Of a DNA stretch of 64,000 bases, positions 57,023 to 64,000 are shown piece by piece (the first letter of the stretch is position 1; each line of letters begins with the position of its first letter). The notes under the pieces were generated by a model that was not told the origin of the DNA, searched no databases, and saw only the letters and a program-made list of their open reading frames with translations. The translations under genes and the position numbers were made by a program. Origin of the DNA: Alphaproteobacteria bacterium (lineage in GTDB: Bacteria > Pseudomonadota > Alphaproteobacteria > CAAGCB01 > CAG-977); contig CAAGCB010000004.1 in NCBI GenBank assembly GCA_900768185.1, positions 102,815 through 166,814 of the forward strand, given 5' to 3'.

Positions 57023-60000
57023 TTATTTTTCTTCCGCCAGATGTTCGTACAGTTTGCGGCGTTCTTCCACCTGTTCCTGAGCGAACTTGACCAAGCGGTC
57101 GTAACGTTCGGGATCGGCTTTTTTGACGATCTGGAAACGCGTTTCGTTCGCCATGTAATCCGCCATGACTTTCGTCGGGGCTTTGGAATCCAGCTGCAAA
57201 CCGGCTTTTCCTTCCGCCACGCGGCGCGGGTCGAAACGGTACAGGGGCCAGAAACCGGATTCGACAGCGGCTTTTTGGTGTTCCAGACCCTGTTCGCCGA
57301 TTTCGTAACCGTGAGCGATACAATGCGAGTACGCGATAATCAAAGACGGACCGTTGAAGGATTCCGCTTCGACGAACGCTTTGATCGTCTGCGCGTCGTT
57401 GGCGCCCATCGCGACCTGCGCGACATAGACGTTTTCGGACGACATCGCGATCATGCCCAGATCCTTGCGGGGGATCGCCTTGCCGGCAACCGCGAATTTC
57501 GCGGACGCGCCGATCGGGGTCGCTTTGGACTGCTGACCGCCGGTGTTGGAATACACGCCGGTATCCAGAACCAGAATGTTGACATTCTTGCCGGAATACA
57601 GGACGTGATCCAGACCGCCGTAACCGATATCGTACGCCCAGCCGTCGCCGCCCAGCGTCCAGACCGACTTTTCAACGAAGTAGTCGGCAACGCCGTTCAA
57701 GCGTTTGGCTTCTTCGCCGTTCATCGCGGACAGTTTGGCTTTCAAAGCGTCGACGCGTTCGCGCTGAGCCTTGATTTCGGCTTCGTTCGTCTGCGGAGCG
57801 GTCAAAATCGCGTTGACCAGATCGCCGCCGATTTCGCTTTCCAGATCTTTGATCATCTGATTGGCGTAGTTTTTCTGGAAATCGACGCCCAGACGCATAC
57901 CCAGACCGAATTCCGCCGCGTCTTCAAACAACGAGTTCGACCAAGCCGGGCCGCGACCGTTCGCGTCCTTGGCGTACGGCGTGGTCGGCAGGTTGCCGCC
58001 GTAAATGGACGAGCACCCCGTCGCGTTGGCGATCATCAAACGGTCGCCGAACAACTGCGTCAACAGTTTGACATACGGGGTTTCGCCGCAACCGGCGCAA
58101 GAACCGGAAAATTCAAACAACGGACGCAACAACTGGACGTTTTTGACCAGCTTCTTTTCGATCTTGGTGCGATCGACGTCGGGCAGCTGCATGAAGAAGT
58201 CGAAGTTCTTCTTTTCCTGATCCAGATGCGCGGCGATCGGTTCCATGTTGATCGCTTTCTGTCCTTTGACTTCGGGGCAGGCGCGCGTGCACAGCGTGCA
58301 GCCCGTGCAGTCTTCCGGAGCAACCTGAATGATCCAAGCGGAATCCGCAAAGTCCTTGCCTTTGAACGCGGCGGATTTGAATCCGGCGGGCGCCTTCTTC
58401 AAATCTTCGTTCGTGGCGACTTTGGCGCGGATCGCGGCGTGCGGACAAACCATGGCGCATTTGCCGCACTGGATGCAGGCTTCGGGATTCCAAACGGGAA
58501 TGTCGGACGCGATGCAACGTTTTTCATACTGCGTCGTCGCCGTCGGCCAAGTGCCGTCAGCCGTCCACGTCAAATCGGACACTTTCAGTTCTTCGCCCTT
58601 GCCTTCCAAAATCTTGCCCGCGACTTTGCGAACGATTTCGGGAGCTTCGGCGGGAACACCCGGCAGACGTTTGAACTGCGACGTCGGTTTTTCCGTCACT
58701 TTGATTTCGTGCAGGTGCGCCAAAGACGCGTCCACCGCGGCAAAGTTCTTGTCAACCAGCGCCTGACCTTTTTTCATATAGGTCTTTTCAATGGACTTTT
58801 TGATCGCCTTGATGGCTTCGTCGCGCGGCAGAACGCCGGACAACGCGAAATAGCAGGTCTGCATGATCGTGTTGATGCGGCGCCCCATACCGGTCTGTTT
58901 GGCGACTTCGACAGCGTCGATCGAATACAGTTTCAGATGTTTTTTGATGATTTCATCTTGCACTTCGACCGGCAGGTGATCCCAAACCTCTTCCGCTTTG
59001 AACGGAGCGTTCAACAGGAACACCGCGCCGTCTTTCGCCTGCGCCAGCATATCGATCTTTTCCAAGAACGGGAAATGGTGGCAAGCGACAAAGTCGGCTT
59101 TGTTGATCAGGTACGGAGCGTTGATGACATGGTTCGCGAAACGCAGATGCGACGTCGTCATCGCGCCGGATTTTTTGGAGTCATACACAAAGTAAGCCTG
59201 ACCGTAGACACCGTCTTCGCCGGCGATGATCTTGATCGAGTTTTTGTTCGCGCCGACCGTGCCGTCCGCGCCCAAACCGAAGAAGATCGCGCGTTTAACG
59301 TCTTCGTCTTCGATGTCAAAGGAATTGTCAACGTCCAAAGACAGGTTCGTCACGTCATCGGTCATGCCGACGGTGAAACGGGTTTTCGGTTCCGCCTTTT
59401 CGGCGTTTTCAAACACGGCTTTCGCCATGGCGGGCGTGTATTCCTTGGAAGACAAGCCGTAACGACCGCCGATGATGCGCGGCATGGATTTGATCTTGCC
59501 CGCGCCGAAAGCGTCGGCGACGGCGGCGACAACGTCCAAATACAACGGTTCGCCCTGCGAGCCGGCTTCTTTGGTGCGATCCATGACGGCAATCGTCTTG
59601 ACCGTGGCGGGCAGAGCCTTGACCAGTTCTTCCGCGGGGAACGGACGATACAGATGGATTTTGACAACGCCGTATTTTTTGTCTTTCAAATGGGCGACGG
59701 TCGCTTCGGTCGTGTCGGCGCCCGATCCCATGATGACGACAACCTGTTCGGCGTCTTTGGCACCGGCGTATTCAACCAAGTGATACTGGCGACCGGTAAT
59801 CTTGGCGTATTTGTCCATGGCTTCCTGAACGATGCCGCCGACTTTGGCATAGTACGGATTGGCGGCTTCGCGAATCTGGAAGAACACGTCGGGGTTCTGC
59901 GCCGTACCGCGCAAAACGGGGTGATCCGGCGTCAACGCGTGTTCGCGATTGAAAGAGGTCGGCAGACCTTCGACGAATTCGCGCAACTGGTCGTCGGAAA

Positions 60001-60565
60001 TGACTTCGATCTTGTTGATTTCGTGCGAAGTGCGGAAACCGTCAAAGAAGTGCATGAAGGACACGCGGGATTTCAGCGTCGCGTACTGCGCGATCGCCGC
60101 CATGTCCTGCGCTTCCTGAACGTTGTCGGAGCACAGCATGGCGAAACCCGTCTGACGGCAAGCCATAACGTCGGAATGGTCGCCGAAAATGGACAGGGCG
60201 TGAGCCGCCAGAGCGCGCGCCGCGACGTGCATCACGAACGGAGTCAGTTCGCCCGCGATTTTGTACATGTTCGGGATCATCAGCAGCAAACCCTGCGACG
60301 CCGTGAACGTCGTCGTCAAAGCACCGCCCTGCAACGCGCCGTGAACCGCGCCGATCGCGCCGGCTTCGGACTGCATTTCATAGATTTCGGGAACCTTTCC
60401 CCAAATGTTTTTGACGCCCTGAGCCGCCCACGCGTCCGCCCATTCGCCCATCGGTGAAGACGGGGTGATCGGGTAGATGACGGCGACTTCATTCAGACGA
60501 TGAGCGACGCCCGCCGCGGCTTCGTTCGCATCCATCATCTTCATTTTTTGGTTTTTATCCGCCAT
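57023..60565 (-). CDS. nifJ: Pyruvate:ferredoxin (flavodoxin) oxidoreductase
   Basis: ATG at 60565 behind GGAGA (MADKNQKM...). Two ferredoxin-type clusters (CIQCGKCAMVCP and CTGCTLCTRACP) and a TPP-binding GDGWAYDIG motif are present. Length is about 1180 aa. Confidence 0.95.
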   Translation of the reverse strand: MADKNQKMKMMDANEAAAGVAHRLNEVAVIYPITPSSPMGEWADAWAAQGVKNIWGKVPEIYEMQSEAGAIGAVHGALQGGALTTTFTASQGLLLMIPNMYKIAGELTPFVMHVAARALAAHALSIFGDHSDVMACRQTGFAMLCSDNVQEAQDMAAIAQYATLKSRVSFMHFFDGFRTSHEINKIEVISDDQLREFVEGLPTSFNREHALTPDHPVLRGTAQNPDVFFQIREAANPYYAKVGGIVQEAMDKYAKITGRQYHLVEYAGAKDAEQVVVIMGSGADTTEATVAHLKDKKYGVVKIHLYRPFPAEELVKALPATVKTIAVMDRTKEAGSQGEPLYLDVVAAVADAFGAGKIKSMPRIIGGRYGLSSKEYTPAMAKAVFENAEKAEPKTRFTVGMTDDVTNLSLDVDNSFDIEDEDVKRAIFFGLGADGTVGANKNSIKIIAGEDGVYGQAYFVYDSKKSGAMTTSHLRFANHVINAPYLINKADFVACHHFPFLEKIDMLAQAKDGAVFLLNAPFKAEEVWDHLPVEVQDEIIKKHLKLYSIDAVEVAKQTGMGRRINTIMQTCYFALSGVLPRDEAIKAIKKSIEKTYMKKGQALVDKNFAAVDASLAHLHEIKVTEKPTSQFKRLPGVPAEAPEIVRKVAGKILEGKGEELKVSDLTWTADGTWPTATTQYEKRCIASDIPVWNPEACIQCGKCAMVCPHAAIRAKVATNEDLKKAPAGFKSAAFKGKDFADSAWIIQVAPEDCTGCTLCTRACPEVKGQKAINMEPIAAHLDQEKKNFDFFMQLPDVDRTKIEKKLVKNVQLLRPLFEFSGSCAGCGETPYVKLLTQLFGDRLMIANATGCSSIYGGNLPTTPYAKDANGRGPAWSNSLFEDAAEFGLGMRLGVDFQKNYANQMIKDLESEIGGDLVNAILTAPQTNEAEIKAQRERVDALKAKLSAMNGEEAKRLNGVADYFVEKSVWTLGGDGWAYDIGYGGLDHVLYSGKNVNILVLDTGVYSNTGGQQSKATPIGASAKFAVAGKAIPRKDLGMIAMSSENVYVAQVAMGANDAQTIKAFVEAESFNGPSLIIAYSHCIAHGYEIGEQGLEHQKAAVESGFWPLYRFDPRRVAEGKAGLQLDSKAPTKVMADYMANETRFQIVKKADPERYDRLVKFAQEQVEERRKLYEHLAEEK

Positions 60566-60821
60566 GGATTTTTCTCCAAGAAGTATAACGATAAAGACTG
60601 AAAAAGAGGGAAAACGCCACGGCGTCCTTAACAAAATCGCCGCGCGAAAATCAAACCCTCGATTTGCGAAAATGACTGTAACGCACCGCAGGCGTTTCAT
60701 CAACCTTTTTTTGTGATTTTTTTGCCCTTTCCGAGCCGGACGGATACAAGAAAAAGTTGACTTTTCGCCCTCCGCGCGTCTACTAAGGAGCTTTCCCGAC
60801 CGTTTTTCACAGGAGCCTCCC

Positions 60822-61460
60822 ATGCCCGATTTCACTTATGAAAAAGCTTTCGCCCCCGCGGAATTGATTGTCGGCGTCGACGAAGCGGGGCGCGGTCCGT
60901 GGGCGGGTCCCGTCGTCGCGGGCGCGGTGGTTTTCCCGAACCTGGAAATCACGGATTCATTGGCGCGAAAACTGGACGATTCAAAAAAACTGACCGCCGC
61001 CAAACGCGAAAGCCTGTTCGACGAACTGCACGCGTCAAACGCAATCATCGGCTGCGGCATGGCAAGCGTCGAGGAAATCGACACTTTAAACATACTGCGG
61101 GCGACCTTTTTGGCGATGCGCCGCGCCGTCGCGGCTTTGCCCGCCACCCCCTCTTTCGCCATTGTCGACGGCAACAAAATCCCGCCCGATCTGCCCTGCC
61201 CCGCCCGTTGTTTGATCAAGGGCGACGCGCTCAGCCTTTCCGTCGCCGCCGCATCCATCGTCGCGAAAGTCACCCGCGACCGTCTGATGTGCGATCTGGC
61301 GCGGGAATTTCCGTACTACGGCTGGGAAAAGAACGCGGGCTACGGCACCAAAGCGCATCAGGACGGACTGGCGGCGCACGGCGTTTGCGTCCACCACCGC
61401 AAATCCTACGCCCCCGTTCAAAGAATACTGGCGTCCGGTCAAAAGGTTAACCAAGTGTAA
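60822..61460 (+). CDS. rnhB: Ribonuclease HII
   Basis: VGVDEAGRGPWAGPVV catalytic motif, plus DSKKL and SIVAKVTRD. Confidence 0.93.
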   Translation: MPDFTYEKAFAPAELIVGVDEAGRGPWAGPVVAGAVVFPNLEITDSLARKLDDSKKLTAAKRESLFDELHASNAIIGCGMASVEEIDTLNILRATFLAMRRAVAALPATPSFAIVDGNKIPPDLPCPARCLIKGDALSLSVAAASIVAKVTRDRLMCDLAREFPYYGWEKNAGYGTKAHQDGLAAHGVCVHHRKSYAPVQRILASGQKVNQV

Positions 61461-61570
61461 ATATTTGAAAATATTTTAAAAATTTAATCGAAAAAGCTCC
61501 GCCGTTAATAAATTGCTTACCTCTGCGCCCTATTCTGGCAACAGAAACAAATTGACCGATTACGGTTTAA

Positions 61571-62674
<1,104 letters not shown>

Positions 62675-62698
62675 ACCAGCGTCTTTTCTTATTAAAAA

Positions 62699-62730
62699 CC
62701 CCGCAAAAATTATCTTTGCGGGGCTTTTTC
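62699..62730 (+). terminator. Intrinsic terminator after ccrM
   Basis: CCCCGCAAA (62699-707) / TTTGCGGGG (62715-723), followed by CTTTTTC. Confidence 0.85.
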
Positions 62731-62790
62731 TGTTTTATTTTATCGAAAAAAGCGTTATCATTCTGTCCAGTCAATGAAAGAGGTGTCGCC

Positions 62791-64000
62791 ATGTCCGTTT
62801 TAGCCGAAGCTTTCAGCCACTCCGACCATCGGAGCTTTTCGCTGTTGTCGCGCCTGTTTTCGTCGCCGGTTGTGCGCGGAACGTACAAAGACGAAAAGCC
62901 CGAAGTCCGCATGAACTTCGTCGGTTCGAAAAACGAACAAAAACGATTGACGCATCTGGTCAACACGCTTTCACAGTCCACTACGGGAAAAAAGCTGTTG
63001 GAAAAAGCGGCTGCGGAAGGCTATACCGTCGGCTTTGAAATCATGCCCGGCACGTTCGGATGCTGCACTTGCGACGAAAAAACAAAGCACATCGCCCTTA
63101 ATCCCGCGTACGGCGACGCCAAGCTGACGGGAACGCTGGCGCACGAAGCCCGCCACGCTCAACAGTACGCGAACGGATTGCCGACGGAATTTTTGCAGTA
63201 CGATGTCGCGACGGAATTGAAGATGTGGCGAACCGCCGAAGCGGACGCCGAAGCGATCGCCGCCTTGTGCGGTTTGGAAATTCGCGCGGAAACGGGAGAA
63301 TCGAGCGTTCTCCGTCAGTTTGGGAAAACATCTCCGCATATCGGCGCGGCGGTGCGGGACGCGGCGCTTGACTGCTATACGCCAGAGGATTTGAAAAATC
63401 ATCAAAACGATATTCTGACCGCTGGTTTCGAAGCGTGGTTTTCCAATTCGGACATGGTTGAAGCCTACGAAAAAAGCTATCTGTGCGATCGACTGACGGA
63501 CGCTCCTTTCCTGCCCCGATGCAAACGATTGGAGTTTTATGAAAAATACCCGATGGATAAATCGTCAAGCGGAGCCGAAATTTTGCAGATGTTTTGCAAA
63601 ACGGCGGAAAACGATTGCTATTTTGCCGACAACTTGAACATCTTTGAACAAAAGCCGCATCTGTCGGCGATAACAAACGCCTCCCGTCACGCCGCCGACA
63701 AGTTTTTCGAACTTCGCCTGCGCGACACGGGAATCAAGCTTGACAAAAGCTATGCGGATTTGGCGGCGAACGGCGTTTCGGCAAGAGGACGCGATTTGCC
63801 GTACCTTTCGCCCTTTTCAATAAACGCGGGCGGTTCTTCCGCCTTGTTCAGCCTGAAAAAAGGTTCGGCGGCTTTGTCCGGCGAGAAATCGCTGTTGTCG
63901 CGCCTGTTTTCGTCGCCGGTTGTGCGCGGTTTTTACAAGGACGAAAAACCTGAAATCGATTTCCGCGCCGTCGGTTCCAAAACAGAAAAAAAACGGTTGA
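62791..64000 (+). CDS. Modular repeat protein with an HExxH motif; 3' end lies beyond the window
   Basis: ATG at 62791 behind AGAGG. The frame stays open to the window edge (403 codons), so it is absent from the complete-ORF track. HEARH lies at 63142-63156. The N-terminal module junction recurs exactly 350 codons later. Confidence 0.75.
   Translation, partial: MSVLAEAFSHSDHRSFSLLSRLFSSPVVRGTYKDEKPEVRMNFVGSKNEQKRLTHLVNTLSQSTTGKKLLEKAAAEGYTVGFEIMPGTFGCCTCDEKTKHIALNPAYGDAKLTGTLAHEARHAQQYANGLPTEFLQYDVATELKMWRTAEADAEAIAALCGLEIRAETGESSVLRQFGKTSPHIGAAVRDAALDCYTPEDLKNHQNDILTAGFEAWFSNSDMVEAYEKSYLCDRLTDAPFLPRCKRLEFYEKYPMDKSSSGAEILQMFCKTAENDCYFADNLNIFEQKPHLSAITNASRHAADKFFELRLRDTGIKLDKSYADLAANGVSARGRDLPYLSPFSINAGGSSALFSLKKGSAALSGEKSLLSRLFSSPVVRGFYKDEKPEIDFRAVGSKTEKKRL
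62839..62879 (+). repeat. 41-nt exact repeat, copy 1 (module junction SLLSRLFSSPVVRG)
   Basis: TCGCTGTTGTCGCGCCTGTTTTCGTCGCCGGTTGTGCGCGG, identical to 63889-63929. The offset is 1050 nt, in frame. Confidence 0.95.
63889..63929 (+). repeat. 41-nt exact repeat, copy 2
   Basis: Identical to 62839-62879. Downstream sequence is similar but diverged (YKDEKPE.. / VGSK.E.KRL). Confidence 0.95.

Noticed and set aside
57041-60457. A 1138-aa ORF on the + strand, the longest ORF in the window after nifJ and mfd.
   Set aside because: It is exactly antisense to nifJ, whose translation carries unmistakable PFOR motifs (two CxxCxxCxxxCP clusters and the TPP site). The antisense product is a monotonous R/F/G/D/V/Q-rich sequence with no motif and no SD or start context. 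Long stop-free antisense frames are an expected by-product of this genome's codon bias.
61505-61520. A CtrA-box-like sequence TTAA-N7-CTTAC upstream of ccrM.
   Set aside because: Only the first half-site matches TTAA-N7-TTAAC; the second half is degenerate and needs a shifted spacing. I saw no GANTC site in the ccrM leader. This is too weak to call.
62971-63676. The - strand ORFs 62971-63405 and 63098-63676 (144 and 192 aa).
   Set aside because: They are antisense to the long open + strand frame that starts at 62791. That frame has an SD, an HExxH motif and an in-frame 350-codon repeat. The antisense products are Arg/Pro/Ser-rich and motif-free.

Overview
This 64-kb chromosomal window looks alphaproteobacterial. 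The evidence is a CcrM-type DPPY adenine methyltransferase next to rnhB, and the gene order lytic transglycosylase-rlpA-DD-carboxypeptidase-tmk-holB-tatD. All product calls come from reading motifs in the supplied translations; no alignments or searches were run.

I call about 50 CDS (one runs off the 3' edge), one tRNA-Ser(UGA), several intrinsic terminators and a few exact repeats.
- Housekeeping genes: gyrA, ssb, coaD, ppiB, mfd, recG, metG, pepN, purU, rnhB, ccrM.
- Envelope genes: a lytic transglycosylase, rlpA, a PBP5/6-type carboxypeptidase, a LysM/M23 peptidase, an autotransporter and a DsbD/ScsB-like reductase.
- Anaerobe-type energy genes: pyruvate:ferredoxin oxidoreductase and an ADP-forming acetyl-CoA synthetase.
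- Others: a six-gene moxR-DUF58-DUF4381-batA-batB/C-batD operon, a motAB pair beside a PAS-GAF-PAS-GGDEF-EAL protein, and a purU-crp-Sel1-hydrolase gene string.

The main observations are:
1. A near-canonical dif site lies at 8529-8556 in an 0.8-kb convergent gap. Fourteen of fourteen GGGNAGGG (KOPS-like) motifs point toward it, so the window probably spans the replication terminus.
2. A low-GC islet (about 15.9-18.0 kb) carries a RhuM-like gene remnant, palindromes and a coupled gene pair: a Gly/Ala-zipper protein and a zinc-ribbon/DUF805 membrane protein. The function of the pair is unknown.
3. A perfect 26-bp tandem duplication copies the crp ribosome-binding site and start codon.
4. An edge-truncated ORF is built from 350-aa modules, each marked by a 41-nt identical junction; the first module carries an HExxH motif.

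The many long antisense ORFs in the track, up to 1138 aa opposite nifJ, are rejected as codon-bias artefacts.
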